This document shows, piece after piece, positions 28,880-39,691 of a stretch of DNA of 64,000 nucleotides. A model generated the notes under the pieces. The model had not been told where the DNA came from. It saw only the letters and a program-made list of their open reading frames with translations, and did not search any database. Numbering within the stretch: the first letter of the stretch is position 1; every line of letters begins with the position of its first letter. The DNA is taken from positions 14,467-78,466 of the forward strand of contig JAEWFF010000015.1 of the NCBI GenBank assembly GCA_023388965.1, in the 5' to 3' direction. The position numbers and the translations under genes are program-made. Source of the stretch: Pseudomonadota bacterium. GTDB lineage: Bacteria > Pseudomonadota > Alphaproteobacteria > Rhizobiales > Methylopilaceae.

Positions 28880-29872
28880 TCAGACAAGCCCCGCTTTTTT
28901 CGCCTCCGCGGATAGCGACAGCATGGGCCGCGGCCCGACCTGCCCGATGACGAGGCCGGCGGCGAGACTGCCGAGCCGGCCGCAGTCGGCAAGCGACTGC
29001 CCTGCGGTATAGCCGTAGAGGAAGCCGGCGGCGTAGAGGTCGCCTGCGCCGGTGGTATCGACCACATCGGCGACGGCGATCGCCTCCACCCTCGTGCGCT
29101 CCGCACCCCTGACGATGATCGAACCCTCCTCGCTCATCGTCACGGCGGCAAGCCGGCAATCCTGCGAAAGGCGCGAGATCGCCTCCTCGAAGTCCCCGGT
29201 CTCGTAGAGGGCCAGCGCCTCCGCGCGGTTGGCGAAGACGATGTCGATCGTTCCGGAACGCATGAGGTCGAGGAATTCGTCGCGGTAGCGCTGCACGCAG
29301 AAACTGTCGGAAAGCGTCATTGACATTTCCCGGCCGTTGGCATGCGCGATGCGGGCGCATTCGCGGATCGCGTCCTTGGCGCGGGGCGGATCCCAGAGAT
29401 AGCCCTCGAAATAGGTGACCTTGGCCCCGGCCACCACCTCCGGCTCCACATCCTCCGGCCCGAGTTCCACGCAGGCGCCGAGATAGGTATTCATCGAACG
29501 TTCGCCGTCGGGCGTCACGAAGATCATGGAACGAGCGGTGGGCGGCGCGCCGGCCAGTGGCCGGGTTGCGAAATGTACGCCCTGGGCGCGGATGTCATGG
29601 GCGAAGATGCCGCCGAGCTGGTCGTCGGAAACCTTGCCGAAATAGGCGGCGCGTCCCCCGAAGCTGGCGATCCCCGCCGCCGTGTTGCCCGCACTGCCGC
29701 CCGAGGCCTCCAGCGCCGGCCCCATGCGCGAATAGAGCAGTTCCGCCCGCTCCGCGTCGATGAGGTTCATCGCGCCCTTGATGATGGCGTTGTCGGTGAG
29801 GAAGGCATCGTCGCAGCGCGCGATGATATCGACGATCGCATTGCCGACCGTCAGAACGTCGAATGTGGTCAT
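28880..29872 (-). CDS. PfkB-family (adenosine) kinase
   Basis: GNAIVD, GGSAGNT, DTTGAGD. Confidence 0.92.
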   Translation of the reverse strand: MTTFDVLTVGNAIVDIIARCDDAFLTDNAIIKGAMNLIDAERAELLYSRMGPALEASGGSAGNTAAGIASFGGRAAYFGKVSDDQLGGIFAHDIRAQGVHFATRPLAGAPPTARSMIFVTPDGERSMNTYLGACVELGPEDVEPEVVAGAKVTYFEGYLWDPPRAKDAIRECARIAHANGREMSMTLSDSFCVQRYRDEFLDLMRSGTIDIVFANRAEALALYETGDFEEAISRLSQDCRLAAVTMSEEGSIIVRGAERTRVEAIAVADVVDTTGAGDLYAAGFLYGYTAGQSLADCGRLGSLAAGLVIGQVGPRPMLSLSAEAKKAGLV

Positions 29873-29939
29873 GCGGATATCCGTCTCCATGGGTAAGAGC
29901 CGGGAACCGGTCATAGCCGAAATTGCCGGACATGGAAGC

Positions 29940-29973
29940 AAAAAGGCCGCCGCGCCGTTTGCGGCGGGCGGCC
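29940..29973 (-). terminator. Intrinsic terminator after efp
   Basis: GGCCGCC...GGCGGCC hairpin followed by a T5 tract on the minus strand. Confidence 0.6.
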
Positions 29974-29995
29974 CTGCGGGTTCGGGCGAAGCGGA

Positions 29996-30565
29996 TCAGT
30001 CCTTGGCGCGTTCGACGTAGGAGCCGTCTTCCGTTGCGATGACGACGCGCGTGCCGGCCGAGACATGCGGGGGGACCATGGTCCGCACGCCGTTCGACAG
30101 CATCGCCGGCTTGTAGGAGGACGATGCCGTCTGGCCCTTCACGACCGGTTCGGTTTCCATGATCTCCAGCGTCACATGACGGGGCAGGTCGAGGGCGATG
30201 GCGACGCCTTCGTGCACCGACAGCACTACCGTCATGCCTTCCTGGAGATAGGCCTTGAGATCGCCGACGTCTTCGGCGGACATGGTGAGCTGGTCGTAGG
30301 TTTCCGGATTCATGAAGTGGTAGCCGTCGCCGTCCTCATAGAGGAAATTGTGCTCGCGGTCCTCGACGAAGGCGCGCTCGACCTGCTCGGTCGTGCGATA
30401 GCGTTCGGAAACCTTCACGCCGTCGGAAATGCGGCGCATGTCGACCTGCGTGACCGGCGTGCCCTTGCCGGGGTGGAAGTTTTGCGCCGTCAGCACGACA
30501 TAGAGCTTGCCGTCGACATCGAGCACATTGCCCTTGCGGACGGAAGAAGCGATGACCTTTACCAT
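29996..30565 (-). CDS. efp: Elongation factor P
   Basis: HPGKG loop, KGQTA, YKPA, YVERA; start corrected to 30565. Confidence 0.95.
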   Translation of the reverse strand: MVKVIASSVRKGNVLDVDGKLYVVLTAQNFHPGKGTPVTQVDMRRISDGVKVSERYRTTEQVERAFVEDREHNFLYEDGDGYHFMNPETYDQLTMSAEDVGDLKAYLQEGMTVVLSVHEGVAIALDLPRHVTLEIMETEPVVKGQTASSSYKPAMLSNGVRTMVPPHVSAGTRVVIATEDGSYVERAKD

Positions 30566-30729
30566 AAGACTTCCCTGTAACTGGTCTTGTAACTGGATTT
30601 GGCGCGTCGTAGAGGACAACCCTGACGGTTTTCTCCGGACGCGGAAAAATGCGCTTTCGGGGCGCAACTAACCTATATTCCGGCAAAACACCAGTCTGTC
30701 CGCCACAGCGGCCGAAGAAACCTTTTGAG

Positions 30730-31794
30730 ATGAGCGTGAAAAACCCTGCCCCTTCGCCCTGGTGGACCCCCCATGTCCACGCCGATCGCCGGCCGTTCCT
30801 GATGGCGCGAAACCGGATCCAGGCAGCGCTCAGGGCCTGGTTCGCCGACCGCGACTTCATCGAGGTGGATACGGCGACCTTGCAGGTCTCGCCCGGCAAC
30901 GAGGCGCATCTCCACGCCTTTCGCACCGAGGCGATCGGCCATTCGGGCACGCTGACGCCGCTCTATCTGCATACGTCGCCGGAATTCGCCTGCAAGAAGC
31001 TTCTGGCCGCCGGCGAGCGGCGTATCGCCTGTTTCGCCCATGTCTATCGCAACCGCGAGCGCGGCCCGCTCCATCATCCCGAGTTCACCATGCTCGAATG
31101 GTATCGGGCGGGGGAGACCTACGAAACGCTGATGACGGATTGCGCCGTTTTCCTGCGTCTTGCGGCGGAGGCCGGAGGCGCTGGCAAGCTGACGTTCCGC
31201 GGGGCCGATTGCGATCCGGCGCTTGAGCCGGAACGGCTGACGGTGGCGGAGGCCTTTTCCCGCTTCGCCGGCATCGACCTGCTGGCCTCCGTACGGGCCG
31301 ATGGTTCGACCGATCGTGACAGACTGGCCAGCGACATGCGGCAGGCGGGGTTGCGGGTGGCCGGTGACGACACCTGGGCCGATCTCTTCAGCCGCGTCCT
31401 GGTGGAGAAGGTGGAGCCGCAGCTCGGCTTCGGCCGGGCGACGATCCTCTGTGAGTATCCGGCGGCGGAGGCCGCCCTTGCCCGTCCCGCGCCGCACGAC
31501 CGGCGGGTTGCCGAGCGTTTCGAACTCTATGCCTGTGGCGTGGAACTCGCCAATGCGTTCGGCGAACTGACCGACCCTGCCGAGCAGCGGCGTCGCTTCG
31601 GTCTGGAAATGGCCGAAAAACAGCGTGTCTACGGCGAGGCCTATCCGCTTGACGAGGATTTTCTCGCCGCGCTTGCGATCATGCCGGACGCAAGCGGCAT
31701 CGCGCTCGGCTTCGACCGGCTGGTGATGCTGGCGACCGGCGCGTCGCGTATCGATCAGGTGCTCTGGGCGCCGGTCGCGGAGACGGCCCCGTGA
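30730..31794 (+). CDS. epmA: EF-P lysine aminoacylase
   Basis: YLHTSPE..KKLL, HHPEFTMLEWYR, GIALGFDRL; divergent from efp. Confidence 0.93.
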   Translation: MSVKNPAPSPWWTPHVHADRRPFLMARNRIQAALRAWFADRDFIEVDTATLQVSPGNEAHLHAFRTEAIGHSGTLTPLYLHTSPEFACKKLLAAGERRIACFAHVYRNRERGPLHHPEFTMLEWYRAGETYETLMTDCAVFLRLAAEAGGAGKLTFRGADCDPALEPERLTVAEAFSRFAGIDLLASVRADGSTDRDRLASDMRQAGLRVAGDDTWADLFSRVLVEKVEPQLGFGRATILCEYPAAEAALARPAPHDRRVAERFELYACGVELANAFGELTDPAEQRRRFGLEMAEKQRVYGEAYPLDEDFLAALAIMPDASGIALGFDRLVMLATGASRIDQVLWAPVAETAP

Positions 31795-32840
31795 CGGCGG
31801 CGCGCAGTCTGAAGACGGTCGGCGATCTTGCCGCCGCCGGCCTGCTGCCGGAGGACCGCCTGACGGCTGCGGCGGCGGTCGCCGGGCGCTATGCCATCGC
31901 CGTGACGCCCGCCGTCGCGGCGCTCGTCGATCCGGCCGATCCGGCCGATCCGATCGCACGCCAGTTCCTGCCCGATCCGGCCGAACTGGTGACGCTGCCG
32001 CAGGAGCGCGCCGACCCGATCGGCGATCTGGCGCATAGTCCCGTCGAGGGCATCGTCCACCGCTATCCCGACCGGGTGCTGCTGAAGGCGGTGCATGTCT
32101 GCCCGGTCTATTGCCGTTTCTGCTTCCGCCGCGAGATGGTCGGGCCGGAAGGTCTCGGCACGCTTTCGCCGGACGCTCTCGATGTGGCGCTTTCCTATAT
32201 CGCCGGAAGGCCGGAGATCTGGGAGGTGATCCTGACCGGCGGCGATCCGCTGGTGCTCTCGCCGCGCCGGCTGGAGGAGATCATGCTGCGGCTGGCGGCG
32301 ATCCCCCATGTCCGCATCGTGCGTTTTCACACCCGCGTCCCGGCGGTCGATCCCGAGCGCGTCGATGCCGCGCTGATCGCCGCGCTGAAGGCGAGCGGCA
32401 AGACCGTCTATGTGGCGCTTCATGCCAATCATCCGCGCGAATTCACGGAGGCCGCCCGCGCCGCCGTGGCGCGCATCGCCGACGCCGGCATCGTCCTTGT
32501 CAGCCAGACGGTGCTTCTGAAGGGGGTGAACGACGATCCGGCCGTCCTTGCGGAACTGATGCGCACCTTCGTCGAGAACCGGGTGAAGCCCTATTATCTG
32601 CATCACCCCGATCTGGCGCCCGGAACCGCGCATTTCCGCCTGACGCTCGCCGAAGGCCGGGCGCTGGTCGCCGCCCTGCGTGGCCGTATCTCCGGCCTTT
32701 GCCAGCCGGCCTATATCCTCGATATTCCCGGCGGTCACGGCAAGGTGCGCGCCGACGCGCCGGAAGTGGAGGAGGCCGGCGACGGTTGCTTCCGCCTGCG
32801 TGATTTTCGCGGCGTCGCCCATTTCTATCCGCCCGAATAG
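31791..32840 (+). CDS. epmB: Lysine 2,3-aminomutase-like radical SAM protein
   Basis: HRYPDRVL, CPVYCRFCFRR, TGGDPL, PGGHGK. Confidence 0.9.
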   Translation: MTAARSLKTVGDLAAAGLLPEDRLTAAAAVAGRYAIAVTPAVAALVDPADPADPIARQFLPDPAELVTLPQERADPIGDLAHSPVEGIVHRYPDRVLLKAVHVCPVYCRFCFRREMVGPEGLGTLSPDALDVALSYIAGRPEIWEVILTGGDPLVLSPRRLEEIMLRLAAIPHVRIVRFHTRVPAVDPERVDAALIAALKASGKTVYVALHANHPREFTEAARAAVARIADAGIVLVSQTVLLKGVNDDPAVLAELMRTFVENRVKPYYLHHPDLAPGTAHFRLTLAEGRALVAALRGRISGLCQPAYILDIPGGHGKVRADAPEVEEAGDGCFRLRDFRGVAHFYPPE

Positions 32841-32863
32841 GCATTTCTATCCGCCAGAATAGG
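32820..32863 (+). repeat. 22-bp tandem duplication of the epmB 3' end
   Basis: CATTTCTATCCGCCCGAATAGG followed by CATTTCTATCCGCCAGAATAGG (one mismatch). Confidence 0.9.
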
Positions 32864-32903
32864 CGCTGCTACCCGCCGGAACAGGTGTTCCGGCGCGGGA
32901 AGG

Positions 32904-34934
32904 TCAGAATTCCTCCCACTCGCCTTTTTCCCCCGTGTCCTTCGTCGCGCCGAAGGCACGGGCGATCTTGTCGCCGAGCGCCAGTGCCGGCGAGGCGACC
33001 GGGCGGGCGCCTGTCGCCGCCGGCTTGACGTTCCACTGGCCGGGCGAGCGGCGGACCGGCTCGCCGGTCGAGGGGAGCGGCGTGGGCACGATGTGGAGCT
33101 GTGGCGAGAGATGGGCCGGCGCCTGCGCGCTACGGCCTGCCGATATGCCGTCAGCGACCACGAAACGGTCGATCAATGCGTTGAGCGCCTGGACTTCCGT
33201 GGCCAGTTCATGGCTGGCCGCCGTCGTTTCCTGCACGATTTCGCGATTGCGCTGGCGGCCCTGGTCCATGGCGTTGACGGCTTGGCTGATCTCCTGCAAC
33301 CCGGCCGATTGCTCGCGCGCCGCATCGACGATCGCCGCGACGTGGTCGTCGATCTCCCGCACTTCTTTCACGATGGCGCCAAGCGAGGTCCCGGTTTCGC
33401 CGACCAGCGCCACGCCGTCGCGCACCTGATTGCCCGATGTGGTGATCAGCGTCTTGATCTCGCGTGCGGCCGTGGCCGAGCGCTGCGCCAGTTCGCGGAC
33501 CTCCTGCGCCACGACGGCGAAGCCCTTGCCGGCCTCTCCGGCGCGCGCCGCCTCGACGCCCGCGTTGAGCGCCAGCAGATTGGTCTGGAAGGCGATGTCG
33601 TCGATCACCCCGATGATATTGCCGATTTCCCGCGATGAATTCTCGATGGCCTGCATGGCGGAAATGGCGCGATGGACCACCTTGCCGGATTCTTCCGCAC
33701 CGTTGCGCGTGCGGTCGACGAGACGTCCGGCCTCCTCGGCGCGGTGGGCCGAGTTGCGCACCGTGGCGGTGATCTGCTCCAGCGCGGCGGCGGTTTTCTC
33801 GACGGAGGCCGCCTGTTCGTCCGTGCGGCCGGAGAGATCGTCGGCGGCGGCGCGGATGCGGCCTGCGCCGGCGTCGATCGCGCGGGCATTGTCGCCGACG
33901 TCCCGGAGCGCGTCGCCGAGCCGGGCGACCGAGGCATTGAAATCCTCCCGCAGCCGGTCGAGATCGCCGTCGAAGGGTTTCTCGATGCGGCAGGTCGTGT
34001 CGCCGGCGGCCAGCTTGCCGAGCGCCGCGCCGAGGTGCGCAACGGCCTGCTGCACGCGGCCGCTGTCGCGCGTGCGCTCGGCCTCGCGCGCCTGACGTTC
34101 GCCTTCGGCCTGTTGCCGGTCCTCCTCGCCCAGCCGGTCCAGGCGCAGCCGCTCGGCGGCATTCTCGCGGAAGACGGAAACGGTGGCGGCCATGTCGCCG
34201 ATTTCGTCCTTGCGTCCGGCATGGGGAACCGTGGCGGAAAGATCGCCCGCCGCAAGCCGCTTCATCGCGCCGGCAAGCGCCCCGAGCGGCCGGGTGACCC
34301 GGCGGTTGACGACGAGGATCGCCAGAAGCGCCAGTCCGACGGAGACGGCGAGCGACGCCCAGGTGAGCGCGAAGGCGGTGCCTTCCTCGGCGCGGGCCGA
34401 AAGGATCGCCTCTTCGGTGAGCGCCCGGTTGCGGGCGACCAGCCCGTCGAGCGCGGCGGTGATCGCCTCGGCGTTCGTGCGCATCGATCCCTTGTAGATA
34501 TCGAGCGCCGGCCCCTTGGCGGCGAGTGCGGAAAACTGCACGAGCTGTGCCGCGTCCTCCAGATAGGCGGACAGGGTGGCCCTGATGTCCTCGACGGCGC
34601 TGGCGGCTGCGGCGTCCCCGCCATTGGCGCCGGCATAGGCGTCGACCCGTCCCGAGAAGGCCTCTACCCGTTCCCCGATCAGGGCCTCGATACGGCCGAT
34701 CTCGTCGGGGTCCATCGACAGCATGTGTTCGGGATAGGTGGCGTTGAGCGCGGCGAAGGCGTGGCTCAGTTGCAGGATCGCGCTCATCTGCGGCACGCGC
34801 TCGGCTCCTATGTGCTCGACATGGCCGGTGATCGCGGAAAGCGAACGGATCGCGACGCCGCCCTGAAGCGCGCCGAGCGCGACCATCAGGACGAAAAGGG
34901 CTGGCAGCAATCGGCTGATCCGGAGGTGGCGCAT
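32904..34934 (-). CDS. Methyl-accepting chemotaxis protein
   Basis: Two TM helices, [39 protein letters not shown]-terminal EWEEF pentapeptide. Confidence 0.95.
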   Translation of the reverse strand: MRHLRISRLLPALFVLMVALGALQGGVAIRSLSAITGHVEHIGAERVPQMSAILQLSHAFAALNATYPEHMLSMDPDEIGRIEALIGERVEAFSGRVDAYAGANGGDAAAASAVEDIRATLSAYLEDAAQLVQFSALAAKGPALDIYKGSMRTNAEAITAALDGLVARNRALTEEAILSARAEEGTAFALTWASLAVSVGLALLAILVVNRRVTRPLGALAGAMKRLAAGDLSATVPHAGRKDEIGDMAATVSVFRENAAERLRLDRLGEEDRQQAEGERQAREAERTRDSGRVQQAVAHLGAALGKLAAGDTTCRIEKPFDGDLDRLREDFNASVARLGDALRDVGDNARAIDAGAGRIRAAADDLSGRTDEQAASVEKTAAALEQITATVRNSAHRAEEAGRLVDRTRNGAEESGKVVHRAISAMQAIENSSREIGNIIGVIDDIAFQTNLLALNAGVEAARAGEAGKGFAVVAQEVRELAQRSATAAREIKTLITTSGNQVRDGVALVGETGTSLGAIVKEVREIDDHVAAIVDAAREQSAGLQEISQAVNAMDQGRQRNREIVQETTAASHELATEVQALNALIDRFVVADGISAGRSAQAPAHLSPQLHIVPTPLPSTGEPVRRSPGQWNVKPAATGARPVASPALALGDKIARAFGATKDTGEKGEWEEF

Positions 34935-35000
34935 GGCGGTTTCCTGCTGTTCGTCTACGCTACGGGATGGCGGTTGGGCGTGGAGCTTAGAAGCGCGCGT

Positions 35001-35015
35001 TTAACGGCGGCTTAA
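35001..35015. promoter_or_regulatory. CtrA box upstream of the MCP gene
   Basis: Perfect TTAA-CGGCGGC-TTAA. Confidence 0.75.
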
Positions 35016-35099
35016 TGCGTGCGATACGCCACCGTCTTGCCGGACGATTTTCCACACCCCATATGCCGGCGGACCGGATTTCCGATACGGAGCCCCTTC

Positions 35100-35825
35100 A
35101 TGATCCTCCAGGCCGCCCGCCTTTCCCTCGCCAATCTCTTCGATTCCCGCACGCGCGGCGTTTTCTGGAAGGTGCTCGGACTCACGTTGCTTGCGCTTGC
35201 CGTCCTGTGGTTCGCGCTGCGCGAAAGCTTCGTCGCTTTCGTCTGGCCCTGGCTTCAGGCGGCGATGATGCCGCAACTGCCGGACTGGGCCGGCTGGCTG
35301 GCCGTGGTCTTCGGCATTCTGGCAAGCGTCGGCCTCGCCGTGGCGTTGAGCCTGCTGCTGGCGCCGGTGACGGCGCTTGTCGCGGGGCTCTTTCTCGATG
35401 ACGTGGCGGAGGTGATCGAGCAACGCGACTATCCCCTCGATCCGCCGGGCGCGGCGCTGCCGCTTGGACAGGCGATCGCCGGTTCGGTGAAATTCCTCGG
35501 CGTGGTGGTCCTCGCCAATCTTCTCGCCCTCTTTCTCCTGTTCGTTCCGGGCGTGAACCTCGTCGCTTTCTTCCTCGTCAACGGTTACCTGCTCGGGCGG
35601 GAATTCTTCGAATTCGCGGCGATGCGTCACCGCACGCCGCATGAGGCGCGGCAGTTTCGCGCCAAACATGCCCCGACCGTGCTGCTTGCCGGCGTCCTGA
35701 TCGCCGGCTTCCTCGCCGTGCCCCTCGTCAATCTGCTGACGCCGCTCTTTGCCGCCGGCCTGATGGTGCATCTGCACAAGGCGCTGAGCCGCCGGGATCC
35801 GGCCTTCGGCACGATCAGGGCGTAG
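35100..35825 (+). CDS. EI24/CysZ-like membrane protein
   Basis: GLFLDDVAEVIE, NGYLLGREFFE motifs. Confidence 0.82.
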   Translation: MILQAARLSLANLFDSRTRGVFWKVLGLTLLALAVLWFALRESFVAFVWPWLQAAMMPQLPDWAGWLAVVFGILASVGLAVALSLLLAPVTALVAGLFLDDVAEVIEQRDYPLDPPGAALPLGQAIAGSVKFLGVVVLANLLALFLLFVPGVNLVAFFLVNGYLLGREFFEFAAMRHRTPHEARQFRAKHAPTVLLAGVLIAGFLAVPLVNLLTPLFAAGLMVHLHKALSRRDPAFGTIRA

Positions 35826-36582
35826 GGCCGAAAAGCTGCGGCGGCAGTTCGACGAGCGGCGCGGGAATGTCGCAGGTCTTTTCCGGCGACTTGCAGAGGT
35901 CGGCGATGACGCAGCGCTCGCACTCCGGCTTGCGCGCCTTGCAGCAATAGCGCCCGTGCAGGATCAGCCAGTGGTGGGCGTGATAGAGATATTCGTCCGG
36001 GATCAGGCGGAAGAGCCGCTCTTCCACCTCGTCCGGCGTCTTGCCGGGGGCGAGGCGCAGGCGGTTGGCGATGCGGAAGATATGGGTGTCGACGGCGAGC
36101 GTCGCCTGGCCGAAGGCCATGGAAAGAACGACATTGGCGGTTTTCCGCCCGACGCCCGGCAGCGTCATCAGTTCCTCGCGGGTCCGCGGCACCTCTCCGC
36201 CGAAATTCTCGATGAGAATGCGGCTGAGCGCGATGACGTTCTTCGCCTTGTTGCGGTAGAGGCCGATCGTCCTGATATGGTCGCGCAGCCGTTCCTCGCC
36301 GAGCGCCAGCATCTTTTCCGGCGTGTCGGCGACGGCGAAAAGGGCGCGCGTCGCCCGGTTGACGCCAACGTCCGTCGCCTGCGCCGACAGCGCCACGGCG
36401 ACGACGAGCGTGAACGGGTTGACATGCTCCAGTTCGCCCTTCGGTTCCGGCCGCTGCACCGAGAAGCGCCGGAAAATCTCCTTCAGTTCGGCCTGTGAAT
36501 AGAGGCTGCGGGGGCGTCTTGCGGTACTCTTGCGGCGCGGCTGCGCGGCCGCGCCGTTCTTTTTCTGTTTCACGTTTTCCAT
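35815..36582 (-). CDS. nth: Endonuclease III
   Basis: LSAQATD, LPGVGRKTANVV, VDTH, four-Cys Fe-S motif. Confidence 0.95.
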   Translation of the reverse strand: MENVKQKKNGAAAQPRRKSTARRPRSLYSQAELKEIFRRFSVQRPEPKGELEHVNPFTLVVAVALSAQATDVGVNRATRALFAVADTPEKMLALGEERLRDHIRTIGLYRNKAKNVIALSRILIENFGGEVPRTREELMTLPGVGRKTANVVLSMAFGQATLAVDTHIFRIANRLRLAPGKTPDEVEERLFRLIPDEYLYHAHHWLILHGRYCCKARKPECERCVIADLCKSPEKTCDIPAPLVELPPQLFGPTP

Positions 36583-36604
36583 GATGCTTCTATAGTCTTG
36601 CCCC

Positions 36605-37105
36605 ATGACCCAAGGCAATCTCGACAATGGAATGAACGAACGGCCGGTGTTCTCGGCGGAGCTGCATCCCTATCGCTCGCTCGGTCGCAACGGTCATCGT
36701 ATCTTCTTCCTGATCGCCGGGGCGCTGAGTTTCGCCCATATGGCGGTTTTCCTGCTGTCCGGCGCCTGGCCGATCGTGTTTTTCTTCGGGCTGGATTTCG
36801 TGGCCCTGTTCGGCGCCTTCTGGCTGAACAACCGTGCCGCGCAGGCGCGCGAATTCGTGTCTCTGTCGCGCACCAATATCTCCATCCGCAAGGTCAGCCC
36901 CTCGGGGCGCGAAACGGAACATGTTTTCAACCCGTTCTGGGCGCGCTTCCTGGTTTCGCGCAAGGCGAAGATCGGCATCACCGCCATGCATGTCCGCGGA
37001 CAGGGCCGGGAGACGGACGTCGGCACCTTCCTGCCGCTCGATGACCGGGAGCGGTTCGCCACGGCTTTTTCCGGCGCGCTTGCCCGGATCAAGCGGGGAT
37101 ATTAA
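36605..37105 (+). CDS. DUF2244-like membrane protein
   Basis: LHPYRSL, GAWP..FFGLD, FNPFW, GTFL. Confidence 0.8.
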   Translation: MTQGNLDNGMNERPVFSAELHPYRSLGRNGHRIFFLIAGALSFAHMAVFLLSGAWPIVFFFGLDFVALFGAFWLNNRAAQAREFVSLSRTNISIRKVSPSGRETEHVFNPFWARFLVSRKAKIGITAMHVRGQGRETDVGTFLPLDDRERFATAFSGALARIKRGY

Positions 37106-37197
37106 CGCGTTCAATCGGCCCGCCCCGGACGCCGGCGCAGGAATCGGGTGGCGGTGACGCCGCCGGCGTGCTTTTCTCGCGGTACAGGAGAAGAACG

Positions 37198-38070
37198 ATG
37201 AATATTGCCGCGACCCTGCAATCCGACATCACGCCCGATGGCGACGACTACGAGACCGTGCGCCGGGTCATCGAGATGATCAGCGTGGACTATCGTGCGC
37301 AGCCGGGTCTGGATGACATCGCGCGCCGTCTCGGTCAGTCGCCGACGCAGCTCCAGAAGACCTTCACTCGCTGGGCCGGCCTTTCGCCCAAGGCTTTCCT
37401 TCAGGCCGTCACTCTAGACCACGCCAAGCGCCTGTTGCGGCAGGAGGCCCTGCCTCTGCTCGAGACGAGCCTGGAGGTGGGCCTGTCCGGTCCGGGCCGC
37501 CTGCACGATCTCTTCGTCACCCATGAGGCCATGTCGCCCGGCGAGTGGAAGGCCCGGGGGGCGGGGCTGACGATGCGCTGGGGGCTGCATCCCTCGCCCT
37601 TCGGCCATGCGCTGGTGATGATCACCGAGCGCGGGCTTGCCGGGCTCGCCTTTGCGGATGCGCCGGACGGCGGCGACGCCTTTGCGGATATGGCGCGCCG
37701 CTGGCCGAACGCCGCCTATGTGGAGGACCGCGAGGCCACTGCGGCCTATGCCCGCCGCATCTTCGATCCCGGCCGCTGGCGGGCGGATGAACCCTTGCGG
37801 GTGGTGTTGATCGGTTCGGATTTCCAGGTCCGCGTCTGGCGGGCGCTGCTGCGCATCCCGCTCGGCCGCGCCGTCACCTATTCCTCCATCGCGGAGGATC
37901 TCGGGCAGCCGACCGCTTCGCGCGCCGTCGGCGCTGCGGTCGGGCGCAACCCGATTTCCTTCGTCGTGCCCTGCCACCGCGCCCTCGGCAAGAGCGGGGC
38001 GCTCACCGGCTATCACTGGGGCCTGACGCGCAAGCGCGCCATGCTCGGATGGGAGGCGGGAAGGGCCTGA
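37198..38070 (+). CDS. AraC-HTH / methylated-DNA-protein-cysteine methyltransferase (Ada-like)
   Basis: FTRWAGLSPK HTH and VPCHR active site. Confidence 0.92.
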   Translation: MNIAATLQSDITPDGDDYETVRRVIEMISVDYRAQPGLDDIARRLGQSPTQLQKTFTRWAGLSPKAFLQAVTLDHAKRLLRQEALPLLETSLEVGLSGPGRLHDLFVTHEAMSPGEWKARGAGLTMRWGLHPSPFGHALVMITERGLAGLAFADAPDGGDAFADMARRWPNAAYVEDREATAAYARRIFDPGRWRADEPLRVVLIGSDFQVRVWRALLRIPLGRAVTYSSIAEDLGQPTASRAVGAAVGRNPISFVVPCHRALGKSGALTGYHWGLTRKRAMLGWEAGRA

Positions 38071-38193
38071 GCGGGAGCCGAACGGCACCGGTGGAGAGCA
38101 TGGCCCTCCATCCGGCCGTTCGGGCCGTCTTCTGAATGCTGGCGGGAAGGCGGCGGCAGGACACCGCCCTCCGCCCTTTCCGAAGGGCGGCGC

Positions 38194-38829
38194 TCAGTGC
38201 GCGCCGGACATGTCGCCGAGCACGTCCTTGGATTTCACCGTCGAATCGGCGTTCAGCGTGTAGACCATCGGCACGCCGGTCGCCAGGTTGAGTTTCAGGA
38301 TCTCTTCCCGCGTCAGCCGGTCGAGCACCATGACGAGCGAGCGCAGCGAATTGCCGTGGGCGGCAACGAGCACTTTCTCCCCGCGCAGCACGCGCGGCAG
38401 GATCTCCGTCAGGTAATAGGGCCAGACGCGTGCGCCCGTATCGCGCAGGCTTTCGCCGCCCGGCGGCGGAACGTCGTAGGAGCGGCGCCAGACATGCACC
38501 TGCTCCTCGCCCCATTTGGCGCGGGCGTCATCCTTGTTGAGGCCGGAAAGGTCGCCGTAATCGCGCTCGTTCAGCGCCTCGTCGCGGATGGTCGCAAGGC
38601 CGGCCTGGCCGATCTCGTCGAGGATGATGTCGAGCGTCTTCTGCGCGCGGGTGAGCACCGAGGTGAAGGCGACGTCGAACCGGATGCCGGTTTCGGCGAG
38701 CGCCTTGCCGCCGGTCTTCGCCTCTTCGACGCCGAGGTCCGTCAGGTCGGGATCGCGCCAGCCGGTGAAGAGATTCTTCAGGTTCCATTCGCTCTGGCCG
38801 TGGCGAACGAGCACGAGGGTTCCGCTCAT
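38194..38829 (-). CDS. gpmA: 2,3-BPG-dependent phosphoglycerate mutase
   Basis: [22 protein letters not shown]. Confidence 0.95.
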   Translation of the reverse strand: MSGTLVLVRHGQSEWNLKNLFTGWRDPDLTDLGVEEAKTGGKALAETGIRFDVAFTSVLTRAQKTLDIILDEIGQAGLATIRDEALNERDYGDLSGLNKDDARAKWGEEQVHVWRRSYDVPPPGGESLRDTGARVWPYYLTEILPRVLRGEKVLVAAHGNSLRSLVMVLDRLTREEILKLNLATGVPMVYTLNADSTVKSKDVLGDMSGAH

Positions 38830-38852
38830 GGTTTGTCTCCGGATTGGGTTTT

Positions 38853-39671
38853 TCAGTTGAGCCCGAGCACGTCGAGCATGGAGTAGAGGCCGGGTTTGCG
38901 GTCGCGCGCCCAGAGGGCCGCCCGAACGGCGCCACGGGCGAAGATCGAGCGGTCCGTGGCGCTGTGCGACAGGGTCACCGTCTCGCCTTCGCCGGCGAGC
39001 AGCACCGAATGCTCGCCGATCACCGAGCCGCCGCGCAGCGTGGCGAAGCCGATCGTCCCCTGCGGCCGGGGGCCGGTATGGCCGTCGCGGACCCGCACGG
39101 AATTGTCACCAAGAGAGATGCCGCGCCCCTTCGCCGCCGCCTCGCCCAGCAGCAGCGCCGTCCCCGAGGGAGCGTCGACCTTGTGGCGATGGTGCATTTC
39201 GAGCACCTCGATGTCCCAGTCGGCGGGGCCGAGCGCGCGCGCCGCCGTTTCGGCGAGCACGCCGAGCAGGTTGACGCCGAGGCTCATGTTGCCGGACTTG
39301 ACGATGCGGGCGTGGCGCGCCGCTGCGGCGATCCGCGCGTCGTCCTCCGCTGCGCAGCCCGTCGTGCCGATCACATGGACGATGCGCGCCTGCGCGGCGA
39401 GGGCCGCGAATTCGACGGTTGCCGCCGGTGCGGTGAAGTCGAGCACGCCTTCCGCCTCGACGAAGGCTTCGAGCGGCCGGTCGCTCACCGGGACGCCGAT
39501 CGGTCCGAGGCCGGCGATCTCGCCCGCATCGCGGCCGACGAAGGGCGATTGCTCCCGCTCCACCGCAGCGAAAAGCTCCACGCCTTCCATGGCGTGGATG
39601 GCGCGGATCAGGGTCTGCCCCATGCGGCCGGCGGCCCCGACCACGACCAGTTTCATTGCGGTTGCGCTCAT
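38853..39671 (-). CDS. dapB: 4-hydroxy-tetrahydrodipicolinate reductase
   Basis: [26 protein letters not shown]. Confidence 0.95.
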   Translation of the reverse strand: MSATAMKLVVVGAAGRMGQTLIRAIHAMEGVELFAAVEREQSPFVGRDAGEIAGLGPIGVPVSDRPLEAFVEAEGVLDFTAPAATVEFAALAAQARIVHVIGTTGCAAEDDARIAAAARHARIVKSGNMSLGVNLLGVLAETAARALGPADWDIEVLEMHHRHKVDAPSGTALLLGEAAAKGRGISLGDNSVRVRDGHTGPRPQGTIGFATLRGGSVIGEHSVLLAGEGETVTLSHSATDRSIFARGAVRAALWARDRKPGLYSMLDVLGLN

Positions 39672-39691
39672 GTCTTTCCTCGCGGGATCGG

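Noticed and set aside
31929..31954. GATCCGGCC tandem repeat in epmB
   Set aside because: In-frame DPADPADP coding repeat in a variable loop
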